Shown piece after piece: positions 24,587 through 37,790 of a DNA stretch of 64,000 nucleotides. The translations under genes and the position numbers were made by a program. The DNA lies in NCBI RefSeq assembly GCF_018977255.1, contig NW_024704743.1, positions 107,572,001 through 107,636,000 on the forward strand, given 5' to 3'. The notes under the pieces are model-generated. The model saw only the letters and a program-made list of their open reading frames with translations. It did no database searches and was not told the origin of the DNA. This stretch comes from Callorhinchus milii (lineage: Eukaryota). Position 1 is the stretch's first letter. Each line of letters starts with the position of its first letter.

Positions 24587-25538
24587 CAGTGTTAAATAGA
24601 AATCACTGACTAGCCACAGGTGTGGAGATCACAACACCGTTTAGCCACATGCACTAATTGTATTAGAAAACGCCTTCCATACCCTCACACAATACAGGTA
24701 AATGTATTGCACAAGTGTGTTTACATGTATTTTTTCTTACCAAACATCTGCCACCATTCAGTGCAACACTTTCCTGAGACCTGAGTTCAATTCCAGGCAG
24801 GGCGAAACCTTGGGCAAGTTTCCTTACTCCACACGCCTAATAATAATCCCTCCAAAACAAAAAAAAATAATAAATTGGTCATTTTTCAATCTACGACTGC
24901 TTGTGGGACATTGCTGAGCGCAATTGGCTGTCGCGTTCGCCCACAGATATGCAGTCAATTCACTTTACAGTATATTCTGTGAAGCGCTTTGGGACGTCGA
25001 GAAGATGTGAAAAGCACTCTTATCAAATGCAAGGATTATTATTATTCCAGTCTTTCTTTCACAAAGCATGCCAGACCCATCCCTGCGCTCCATTTTGAAT
25101 GGGGTTGGATGCTGTTTGCCCTTTGTCTTGACCTACCCTGATGGAGCAGCACGTTATTGGTTGGGATTCCTTTTTCTGACCTGGAGTGGGAATTCCGATT
25201 GGTCAAGCTGACCACCCTTGACAGCTCACGTCAGTCTTACTGTGTATCTGGCGTTTCCATAGTGCTAAAATTTCACCCATGTTACACACCATCTTAACAA
25301 ATAGCCAAAAAGCAGTAACAAAGGAAGTAATGCAACCATCAAAACACTTTCACACACTGCTTTTTTTCTTCTAAACAAATGCACAAAAAGGTCAGAGTAG
25401 CATATGCATACTCTGCGAATATGACTATCACATGCTCAACAACTCATTTGTTTTATACTAATCAAAAATGTAATTTTTCCACATCTGGATTCCCAATTCA
25501 CCACATGTGGCTGGTGGCTAACGTATTGGACAACCTTG
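24587..25538. mobile_element. hAT-Charlie-type non-autonomous element
   Basis: 8-bp TSD GTCTAGAC (24579-24586) / GCCTAGAC (25539-25546); ends CAGTGTT... and ...cacatgtggctggtggctaacgtattggacaaccttg, resembling MER3/MER33-type subtermini. Confidence 0.7.
24773..25046 (+). mobile_element. 5'-truncated tRNA-derived SINE
   Basis: Starts near the B box (gagacctgagttcaattcc); full core and tail present. Confidence 0.9.
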
Positions 25539-27344
25539 GCCTAGACTATAAACTTGTAGTCCTTATGTGGGGTTTGAACCTACAACATCTGTCTCCAAGG
25601 CGAGAGTCCTACCAACTGAGCCAAGCTGACATTTCCATCAGTTCATATATAGTACTTCTTATCTTGTTACATGGCAATAATTGTAAATTAAAACTCGTAG
25701 AAAAGTAAGAATTAAAACTAAATGCCTAGCATGAAGGTTAGTACAAAACTGCTAGATAAAGAAATTATTCATATCTCCCATTGGCCCTGAGATGTTTTGA
25801 CCTGCTATTCAAAGTATGATTATCCTTTTTTTCACCCTCCTAATCTATGAAATATTAAGAAATTTGAATTGCTGTGTGCAATATGCTTGCCATGTTTGTC
25901 TACAAATACTCGACGGTGATTACCAAGCAGCATACTGAAACATTTTGACATTGTAGGTGCTACAAAATTGCAAGGATTATTGTTGCTAAAAAATCATCCT
26001 TATCCATTTAATTGTATACTTGTACAGATGTGATAAATTCAGTCAGTTACTTCACAGTAGGACAAAGTAAAGCCAAAACTTAATGAAAACTAATGAAAAG
26101 TAGATTTAGAGCAGAGATGAGTAATCAGCTTTTTTTTTTGCTCCGTTTCCAAATGTTTGGTCTTGGAATTTGGATATTTGGAATTACCAGCAAAGAAACA
26201 AAAGCAATGGGTTTAGTCAAAGTACAATCAGGGTGCTATGATGGGCAATTGAATATGCCAGAGGGATGAAGGGAGGAACTAAATTTCTGTGTATTTGCTG
26301 CAATAGGATGTGCAGTTCTGTAGCTGTTGCCAAACTGCAGGAAAATTCACTTGTGGCTGCAGAGGGAGAGGGCCAAAAAGCAGACGTTTCTGCGCTTAGA
26401 TGGCTTGTGTTCAGGTCAAATGCCTGAGAGAATGGTGATACTTAAGAATGCATGTGGCTTCTTCAAATAATGTCACAGGAGCAGTTGGGAAGGGAAGGGT
26501 AGTTGGAAGAGCAGATCTTTGGGAGGCGGTGAATTGGTCGGTGAATCAACTTTGCGGAAGTACTGACCGGTGATTTCATTATTATGCTATCTACTTTAGC
26601 ATGGGTCTCATTTCATGGACCCCAACCATCATCACGATATTATGGGTGCTGACTGTATACTATTTTCTCAGACAGGTGGTGAAGGGAGAACGTATCTCTA
26701 AATAAAGCGTGTTTCAACTGTTTTCTATCCTCTTCAAATATAGCTTATTTGTGGAAGAGTATCCTATTAAAATCATAATCCATAAATTTAAGAATATGGT
26801 GGCACCAATTTCATGTGCCTTAAAGCACCATCAAGTTGGGAAAAACATCCTAAATTTGTATATATCCATTCCAGATGCAAATTAAAGCTGTTAAACGATC
26901 AAGATGAATCTGCAATCATGTTATATTCTGTTAATTTTATTTGCAGTACAACAAGAAGCCAAGAAAATATACCAGATGTTTTAAAACTATAAAATGCATT
27001 TTATTTGTAATTATTGCACTGAACCTGAATTTTATTTTCAGATGATTTCTTAGTTTTAAAAACTGAATTTGAAGGTTAGAAGGATCAATGGAATTGTTAT
27101 AGTACATAAAGGTTGCAGTTTAATGTTTTTGTTCCAGTCTGAATCAGCTGATCTAAGCTGCTAAAACTGGCTTCAATGGCTCTTGGCTTGGGTGGGGCAT
27201 TGGTATTGTTTGCAGCTTCAAAGTTCTCTCTAGTGTTGTCCACAATCAAGTAACCTTTGGGCACCACTAATTCGGCTTGCTCATAAAGAATTACTATTGG
27301 ACAAAGTTATCACAAGGCTATAGGTTGCAAGAAACCATATGTGA

Positions 27345-27554
<210 letters not shown>

Positions 27555-30500
27555 TAACTTAGTATTTGAGAAAACTGTACAAAATGTGTACTAGTAGGTG
27601 TGGTCAAACTTTGGTAAAGCAGAAAAAGCTCATTCAGTTGATGAGTACCACTTCAAATGGGTGTTGAAATTTAGTGTGCGTTAATCACAAAATTGTACCA
27701 GTTCAAGATTGGCAATATATGGCCTGGGCCCTGTTCTTCCTTCTGGAAGAGAGGCATTGCTTGTAGGGAGGTCTGTCTATTTCTTAAGTCCATTTATAGT
27801 GTGGTCTATTATATTGAATGCAACTAAAGCATTGTTTTCAATTATTATTTTAGTCACAACCGTAATCACAATTACCAATATAGTCCCTGTCATTAGTGCA
27901 ATCTAAATTTGATAGAAGTGAGACGAGAAGTTATGTAGCTTTATGATTGTACAATTTAAACAGTTTTTTCAGCAGCTAATACTGAGACCGTTTTCAAGAA
28001 GGAAAAGTGTGCAACAGGTCCACATAGATGTTAACCCTACCCTATGGCTATTTAAATATTTATAAAGTAATGAATTCCTGGAAGGTGGGGGGTGAAAGGT
28101 GATATTAATTAAGCAAAGGAATGGGATATAAATGTAATCTTTTCTCTACATTCTGTAAACAGATTGCTGAACTTGGAATGTTCAAGCTTGGATAGAAAGC
28201 ATTGCTCCAGCAGTTTGCTAAAATTTCTCCCTCCATCTGGATTGTAAATATCTCTTGACCATAGTATAATGCTTTAGTACCCAAAATGACAATTGCTTTT
28301 GAAATATTTGCTATATCACAACTGATGTAATGGTTAAAAGTAGGAAACATGTTTGAAAATTACCTTTTGGCGCAAAATACAAGTCTGGCTAGACAAGAAG
28401 ATAGAGAATGAGCAACATAATATATTGGCGATACTATCCATCAGCTTTTTTACCATTGCTAGTTCAACTTCTTGCTTCAATTTACAGAAATTTGTGATGT
28501 TTACGGCATATTTTTAGGTTTCAAATTGATTCCAGGATTGTACAAAAGCCTTCAAAACTGAAGTTTTGTCTTTTAAAGAAAATTTGCCTTTAATTTTTTT
28601 TGGATATTAAACTTTAAAAAAATGTTTACAAAATACTAGAACTGAGGTGAATTTGTAGGCTGAATATCACACCAATTTTTTTAAGGTAAATTCCTTTATT
28701 TTCCTTTGCTTAATTCATTGGCCATTTTTAAACCTGGTGGTTGGTATCCATAAAACATACAACAAGATGAGATAGTGATATCACTGAGCATGTGTATTAC
28801 TTTCTCCCTGTGTGCTGACTGGTTCAGGTGCTTAAAAAAACTAACTTGTTTGTCATCACATTGCCGATGCCGTCAATTGTGTGCTGTTCTTGCACAAACA
28901 GGAAGTGATGGTGGTGACCAAATGAAATAGAAGTCAGCATATTACCACAAAACAGGCATCGAGCAGGCAGGCACATGTGTACGAATGCAAATCCATGCTA
29001 TAAAGAAATGCCTTTTAATGAAGTTGCACTATAATAACTTACATTTATAGTCCACCTTTCACTTAAAATAAACAGCTCAAAGCACTTACAAATTAAAAAT
29101 GAAGTGAATGTTATAAAAGTAAACCAGCAATGTCCCATAAACGTGTTGCATAAACAATGAGGTGAACAGCCAATTAGTTTGAATTTTGGCATAAATTCAG
29201 TTGAGCAAATGTAAGTCAGGGTAACCTTGTTTTAAAGTACTGTAGTATAACCTTATTTATATTTCAGAACTTCCTCCATTTCACATATTTTTGCATAATA
29301 TTGTATGTGGGTTTTTAAAGTTTCTAACTTGGCAAACGAACCATTGCCTTTTTAAACATACCAGCAGAGGTCAGTGTTCTACAACAATTCCATTCAGACT
29401 GACACCATAATACAAAGCTCCACTTTTGCTTTTGAAAAATATCAATGACCACAGTTAATTTATTTTTTATTCCTTTATCCTGCTTGCTGCAACATGTATG
29501 TTAAGACTGTTAAGCCAGTGTAAATTAGGTTTCAGCTTGTTCCACAATTCTGAATAAACCCTAAAGTTGCTACCCAGAAGCTCAGAGTTCACACCGTCTT
29601 AGTTTGTAAAACGATTTTGTCTTTAAAATATGTTTTATGCAGAATTGTGCGAAAAAAACTTTAATTTTGTTATTTTCCTTAGTTCTTAAAAATTAAAATA
29701 ACTTTTTTTTCTGATTTTTTTTACAAGTTTAAATGAAATTGGTCTGAAAAACTAGGCAAGGGTAAAATTTTGAGCTTTAGATGTCACTAACTTTAATACT
29801 GTAATATTTGACCAAAATAAGCATTTCAATGTAAATGTTTAAACACTCGCTATGATCTTCCCCTTTCCCCCAAATACTTCCATCTCACTCTACTATCCTT
29901 TGCTTTCAAAATCCTTTTTAAAAGTCTTCGGTGCCCTGTGTCCAGATTAGGTTTAAACCTGTTTAAGTTTCCACTCTGTCAAGTGCATTGTGAAAGGCCC
30001 TTTAAAGAAGAACAACAAATTACATTTGTATAGCGCCTTTCATGTCAGGAGGATGTCCCAAGGTTTAAAGTGTAAGTTTTTTATTTTTAATATTTTAGTT
30101 TTTTTTATCAAACTTTCACTTTACTTTTTGAACTTTAAGTTCAAGCTTACCTGTTTTGCAGGGTCATACAGTCTTTTTTAAGAGCTGAGTCCCACATCAT
30201 CAGAACTGACTTCTCGCATCAGTAAATTGCTCATGAACTATTTTGGTCAGCTATTTGAAGACTGAGAGCATTAAAGATTGACGCTGGCAGGTTAATCTTG
30301 TGATCACAACATTGGGTGCTCTGATCACTTAACAAGTTAGCTTGACTGTGGCCAAGCAAAGCAGGTGCTGCTGCTGTCCACATGATTTCTCAGCAGTGAC
30401 ACTCTGGAGGATAAATTCAACTGACTGAAGCACACAACTGTTCATTAAATGATGGGCTGTCTGCATGTGGAGACTAGATGTGCTTGGGGTGCAAGATCAG

Positions 30501-30824
30501 CATAATTTAAAGTTGGTTACTATATGTTTTGCCAAAGAAATGAAACCTTCTGTTGCTTTTCCTGCTATTTAAGACTGGGTGAGATTTTATTTTGAGTCTT
30601 TTGGCATATTTAATCCTGCTTTACTCTTTGTGGTAATTAGTTGCCAGGAAGCTTGGTTCTGATTTCAGTTATCAACTGTATATGCACTGTCTGACCTTAG
30701 TTTGTTTAGAGAACCTTATTGAACACAGGCCAATATTCCTTGTGTGGGTGTATCTTCAGCTATTTGATCTTTTCAAGGGAATCATTGTAGAAGTTGGCTA
30801 CGAAGTGGAGACCTTTAACTTAGT

Positions 30825-31105
30825 TGTTAGAGTGCTCCCCTCGCAGAGGACCTGGGTTTGATTCTCAGCTAGGGCGAAATGTTAGGCAAGTTTCCTTATT
30901 TCACATGTCTCTGTTCCCAGCGCCTTGGGGCAAGCTCCCCACTTGAAAAGCACTATATAAATGTAATTTGGTATTGTATTATGCACAATTGCTAGCTACA
31001 GTTTGCCCACAAAATATACAGTTAATTCACTTAATATATTCTGTGAAGTGCTTTGAGATGTCTCGAAGACTTGATAAGGCACTATATCAAATGCAAGGAT
31101 TAATT
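30825..31105 (+). mobile_element. Diverged SINE with an L2 3' tail embedded at about 30916-30978
   Basis: SINE head, then ccagcgccttgggg...aaagcactatataaatgtaattt, then SINE core and tail. Confidence 0.75.
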
Positions 31106-34100
31106 AAAAGTTAATTGAATTTAGATCTTCATGATTCTTTGATACTCAAGTTACATCAGTTTTCTGGACAGCAGTACTCACATCATCAAGTACTTCTTTC
31201 CAGTCAGGTTTTAGAATTTTCATAGCATCAGAGGACAAGTGAAGAATCTGAAAAGCTGTTCTTATCCCATATTTTATGGTAGTCAGCTATGGATCACATT
31301 CACAGTTTTCCAGGGAGCAGAATGCATAACCTTTTTTTNAAACCAATGATGGTGATTAGTTCTATAAATGTAAATTATACTGTATTGTATTATAAAGAGC
31401 AGAGGGGCCTTTCTTAGAGTGACTTGGGTTTTGAGATGAATTGCGTTTGGCATGAAAGAGAAAACAAAGCTTCTTGGAGGTGTTTCAGTAATGAAGGAGT
31501 TAAAGTCCATTTGAGATCATAGGGATCAGTGAGACCAATAATGTCAATAGATGGAGTCTGACCATCAAAGTTAAGTGGTATTTTGATGTCTGATGGACAT
31601 TGAAAAGGCTTGTTAAGGAATTGGGGAGAAACTGCTAGTGTTAGAAGATATAGAAGTTTGAATAGGGTTGTAGTTTAGAGAAATTGAGCACAATTATATG
31701 TAGATTATTTCAATTTACTCCATCCCTCTCAGGCAACAAACCATTCTCTGATAATGCTGTGACCTATGCCATTTCTTGGATGGCCACTGGAAGGAGCAGT
31801 GGAGCTATCTTGGTCGACTTTTTCCTTTCTCTCATTTGCAGAAAGACTCTTCTTTTGCAACCTCCTCTCCCCTCCCCCTCCAAAAAGGTTGCTTGTTTGA
31901 TAACTGATATGGTGGGTAATCTTGCACAAGGCCCTACCTCCTTCCACTTAATGGCATTATGAATTATTTTAACTGAAGGAAACTACTCTTTCAATTTTTT
32001 TATTTTCTCCTCGAAGAGTAGAAATATAAACATGTAAAATAATCCTCCTGTTGGTCAATAAATTTGTATGAAAATTATTAATTATGCAATTTTTTTTGAA
32101 TTGTCCTGTCAGTCACCTGACAGATAATGAGCCTCTTTGCATAAATTAGACAAAAACAACAAATTACATTTGTAAAGCGCCTTTCACATTGGGAGGATGT
32201 TCCATTTTACACCACCAGACTAGTTGAAGTGATAGTATAAATTGAAACTGGAGCCTTTACATTTTGGAAATAATACCTCATTTTGGATTTAAGAGGTTCT
32301 TAATTTGATTTTGCAATTATTTTACTGTTAAATGTAATCCTACTGATCCTACTATAATCCTACTGATATATATATGAGATTAATCTCATCTGCACACTTT
32401 ACTAGAAAAAATTTTTTTGCTGGTAATTTGTTACTGTATATACTGAGTACTGCTGTAGTTCAATACGTTTCAAAAAAGTATTAAACGGCTGAGCCATAAA
32501 TACATGATTCAGATATTATTATAATAAGGAATACTTAAATTAAAAATTCACAACAAAAGGAAATTCAGGTGATCCTGTTGTAACAGATTGCAGTACTCTG
32601 ACCTCTTAGGTAGATTGTTGCTGAACATCTCTCATTTTGCCTAATTATCTGAAAATAATTGTACACCTGAAAATTTAGCAACCAAAAAAATTGAGTCCGT
32701 ACTGTCTCAAGACAAAGTGCAGTTGAACGAGCAAAATGTTGTACCATTACTAAATTCTGTGCTGCCTCACGTGCAATGTTTGAAATTAAGTGCTGACGTA
32801 GCAATGATATATACTGAATTATTTGGTAAAAGTATATCTATTTAATCGTGCTTTTTTTGCCAAGTCTATATACTTGGCAAAAAACACCTATCTTAGAGGT
32901 CAAAGTTATGTGCTAAACCCTCCCTTGAAAAAAAACTAAAATGTATGTGATAAAGCTTAGACATTCTTCAGTGCTATAATTTTAATGCTTTTATCTATAA
33001 ACATTGAAATAATTAAAGGATATAAGTTTTTCTTTAATGTCTAAAGGCATGCAATCATTTTTGCCTTTGGGTCAGGATTATTAAGCCTGTTTTTTGTTTT
33101 TGCCTCTGGCAAGGCCTGGATTTTTAAATCTGTCAGGCACATGCTTACATGAAATGTATAATAATGTAAGAACACATGTCATGGGTTCTGTCATATGCAC
33201 CAGTAGTTAAGTGCTTGTGTACATAAACTTATCAAAACAGAGTCAGGGGACTTCATAATGCTATATACATTTCAAGTTGGTCTGTGAATGAATGACTTGC
33301 GGACCTCCGCATAGAATTCCAACTATACAGAAAAATATGAAACTTGAAACTGCAATTTCCAATTAGTGTAATTTGTAAAGTCATTGGGGTAATGTATACA
33401 TTATTCAAAACATAGATTAAATTAACTTTTACAAAGTTGCCAGGGAATGTGGAAGCATTTGATTAAGTTTAGTCCTGGCTAGAAGCCAGATTCACTTATT
33501 CACAGCCCAAAGTCATTTGAAAATGTGTTCATTCCCAAAAGCGCCCGATGAACTCGCAATGATTAATGTGGCTTATTATTTTAGGGCAAATTCTTAAGGC
33601 CCTTGTATGCTTTTTCGATCACCCACTTAGTGTTTTACATATTCATATCTTCCAGTCTACAGCAGCAGCTTAAGTCGCCTTCAATGACAGCGCTTCTTTG
33701 TTTAGTGCATTAATTGAGCTGCAGTCAATTGATTACTCTTGGGAGTTGTAAGGCCTTTATAGGTGAAAACATATCAGTCCTGTTAATTAGGAAACAAAGC
33801 TCCTGTGGCAGCAAAAAAGTTGTATGCCAGCATAGTAGATTTTTTGGGGTGATGGGAGGGTAGAGAATAACTGCTTAATTTCCCTTCTCCTCCCCCACCC
33901 CCACCACCACCATTGCCACACTACACTGTCTTCTAAAGCACTGAATCAGCCTAGGATGTATGTCCATGTACATGTCGTTCTCCAGTGCCTCCCAACAAGT
34001 GGTCATTTTTCACAAATTAGTCCAGATTCTAGAGGGGCCATCATTGTGGAGCCCAATTCTGTCCCTGCATGATTCAAACCAATACTTTCCAGCAGGGGTC

Positions 34101-37100
34101 ACTGGTTGGTACTCGGGCGTTGGAACCCTGGCTAATTTGTCTCCTTTCTCCCACGTCCAAAGATGCTAAGACCATTTGTGCCCCCATTTAACTTGTCACA
34201 GACCTGGGATTTACCCCGGGATCTTCTTGGTCTACACCTGAGCCACACATTTCACCAATTATAGTACTCACGATATCAAGGGCACAAATGAGTAATCTTG
34301 AAAGGTAACAATATATAAAAATATTAAGTACAATGTTTTAATTGACCATAGCTATGATGACTTCAGTGTTTAAAGCAATTGGAGGTTAGAGCCTCCCAAT
34401 ACTGCGAGTTACGAATTTCAACTGCCGCTTAAGCCAGCTGTTCACCTTCAGGGAGGGACAAGGAATGGGATGATCAGTCCAGGTTACTTTGGCATTTCGT
34501 TGGTGTACTGTTACAGTATGTCATCAGCAGAATCTTCGAGCAAGAAACCTGCCTGCACAACATACTTGGTTGAGTTTTTTTAATACTCTTGCCAAAATTA
34601 ATTTGTGCATAACCTATATACAAGGAGATGCTGACAGTTCCCACAGATTTTGCCATTCATCCAAACAGGTTACCGGGTTTTGCATTTGTAATGTTGAACT
34701 AAAAATTATCAAGCATACAGAATTAACTAAATGTAAACGGAAAAAAAAATCTTGGTTTCAAAATCTTATGCTGTGAATGAACAATCAGTCTAAAAACATC
34801 TTTCACCATGGCCCTGGCTTTCATTTTACAGTATGCGATGGCTAGAAAAGATTTTAGCTTTGTGGCCTTGTTTTCTGTTAGATTTTTGAGCAGAAAATAC
34901 AACTTCAAAGCTCCACTTTGGTACACTGTTGTTTGTAGTGGTCCTAATCTATTCTTGCTATGACCTGATTTCATTTCCGTGCAACCCTAACCTGTGGTAT
35001 GACTGTCATTAAAGTGTTGACTTTAAATTGTTTTCAGGGAAGTCATCTATTTGATTAGTTGTACATCTCCACATTTGTTTCGTCAGTAAAAGGCAAAGGT
35101 TGGAGAAAATGTCTGTCAGATTCTTGTGTAAAAAAAAATTGTGTACGCATGCATGTCAAATTTATTGGAATACCATTTGTTTGAATTCATGACCATCCCA
35201 ATCTGTTGTTCCCAGCAACAACTTGCTATCTCTGGCAGTCACCATTTTGACTGGTGCTTTGAGTTTTGATGTGAGTGATAGCAATGAAACTTTCCTTTTT
35301 TATCCCCCGTTTTTTCCTGTAGGTGGTGACTCATACAGGGCTATGATTTCATAAGTAGGAGCTTTCTGGTGCTACTTGTGTGAGCGTGGTCAGATAGTTG
35401 GAAATTGGGAGCATCACAACTGAGCCTGTCCCGTCCTTACTAAAGAGCAAGTGTTTCTCAGTATTAGGCTTAAGCCTTAAAATTGCCTGAAAATTTAGAT
35501 TATGCACATTTTGGAAAGTTCTTAAATTTTGTTTTTGTATAGAATCTAGCTTTCCCATCTCTTTTTAAGAACTGCAGAAAAGTGGTTTCCACATTCCTAA
35601 AACTGCAATTCAAAGTAGCCAACTGTGAGGTAATGCATTTTGGCTGTAACAAAAGGACTTTCATAAAGCGCTTGAACACCCCAAATGACCTATTGGGTAA
35701 AGGAATTACCACGTGCAGCAATAAGCTTGCGGACTGAAACGTTGCAGGCTCATTCCTTATCCATTCTGAGTTTGAGCATCTCATCCAGGATAGCAGCTGA
35801 CACACTCCAGTTGGCCTAATTTCCCTGGTCCAGAAATAAGAATGTCAGCCAGTTATTACCACTTCTTATCATTGTCCATTGACCCTCCCAGTAAGTGCAC
35901 AAGTTTGGACCAATTCTTTGTGGTTGAACAGCATGCCCATGCTTGTTGCCAAGGCTGACGCATGAACAATGCTAAATTCAAGAGCAACCTGTGCCTTTGG
36001 GTCCATACCATGCCCACCAAAAGATTGACATCCAACCCCAGTCAGTTTCCCATCTCTGCTATAACTTTCATTAAATCCTATTTTAATATACATTGGAGTT
36101 GCTCTTAATGCACAAACAACACCTCCAATCTTTGGAAATAGATTTTGGAGCAGGAAATGAGATAGAGGCTTCCCTGTTTCAGAGTCACAATAGCAAAAAT
36201 GGTGTGGAGGGTGAAAAATAATGTTAGTGCCTTCAAAATATTGCATGAAATCTGTGGAAACACTTTAAGTGATAAGAAAACTGTCACCAACTTTCATGTT
36301 GAACAACTTCCATGTTTTAAACCATCCATATAAAAGTTTCTCTATCTTCTCCCTACTAATGTACTGAACTGCACTGAATCAAGATGATGCTAACCAAATG
36401 GTTATTGGTATACAATGTTCTGCAGAATAGTATAGCTTCTTAATAGTACTTGTCCAGTAATAATTTAACTTTGCCAGAAGTACACATTCTCAGCATTTAT
36501 CCACAAGGCTGCTTATAAAATAACCAATTAATTGTGCAATTTGAGTTTTGGGCTCTTAATTAACAGAACAAGAATGTGGCACTTGAAATGAGTGCTGTGG
36601 CACTTGAATTCCAGTGTTCAATTGCTTTTTGAATATTTGTGCTGAGCTAGGTAAGGGACCTTGGGAATGGAACGTTTTTCCACTTTGGCACCACGGTCTG
36701 CATCAGATGTTCTCGGGCGAACTGCAGCACCATTAGAGTAATCTCTCTTCTGCCCCAATTGTATGCTTTAACTGCAAGCTCAGTTAAAGACCACCTACAG
36801 AACAAGTCTATTTTTGAACCAATTCCCACACCAACCTTCTTATAGCTTCTGGGACTATAAATTTTAAGTGCTAATTTGTGCTGAATTGTGAGCAGCTTTG
36901 AGCTGTGGCTCCATGCCCATTGGTAGCTGCATTTGCCTACACTTATGCAGCTGCCAGAGATCCACAGACTTTATTTCTGTCAACTAGGCTAGATTCAAAC
37001 CTGGATGCCAGGGGTGAATAGGTATTTTAAGACACTACACAGTTCAGTCTCCTAAGATATGTTTTAGAAATTCTTTTGAGCTTGTTAAACATGTGGCTAA

Positions 37101-37124
37101 TGGCTGAAATGTAGACCATTTTAG

Positions 37125-37310
<186 letters not shown>

Positions 37311-37537
37311 TGAGTATTGTAGCCTCATCTGAAGAAAAGTTCACTTATCTAATGCTTTAGCAGACCACAATTTGTGACCTATTGACACTGAAACGTTCTT
37401 TATTATTCTCCTCCTGTGGATTAGTAGGAAGTTGAAGGGTAGCTGGTCTTCACCATGTGACTTTCAAACTTCATTCCATCTGTTTTTGGGAGATTTGTTT
37501 TGATCAGATTTCTTCAGAATTCTTTGTATTTCATTTC

Positions 37538-37790
37538 AACAACAACAACTTGCATTTATATAGTACCCTTCATTTGGGGCAGAGTCTCGGAGCACTTAAC
37601 AGTGGCGGAACCTGATGCTGAGCCTGTGGGAGGGAGAAGATGACCGTCAGCACGGTCGAAGAGGAAGGTCTTCTGTTGTGCTCTAAAAGAGAAGGAAAGG
37701 ACAAGGTGGAGGGATTGGGGGAGAGAGTTCCAAAGCTTCAGGATGGGGTCCCTGAAAGTACACCTGTCGATGGAGGGACAAGCAGGAGGC
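37538..37790 (-). mobile_element. L2 3' fragment (second tail type)
   Basis: (caa)n cttgcatttatatagtacccttcat...cagagtctcggagcacttaac, followed by a purine-rich reversed ORF2 end. Confidence 0.75.
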
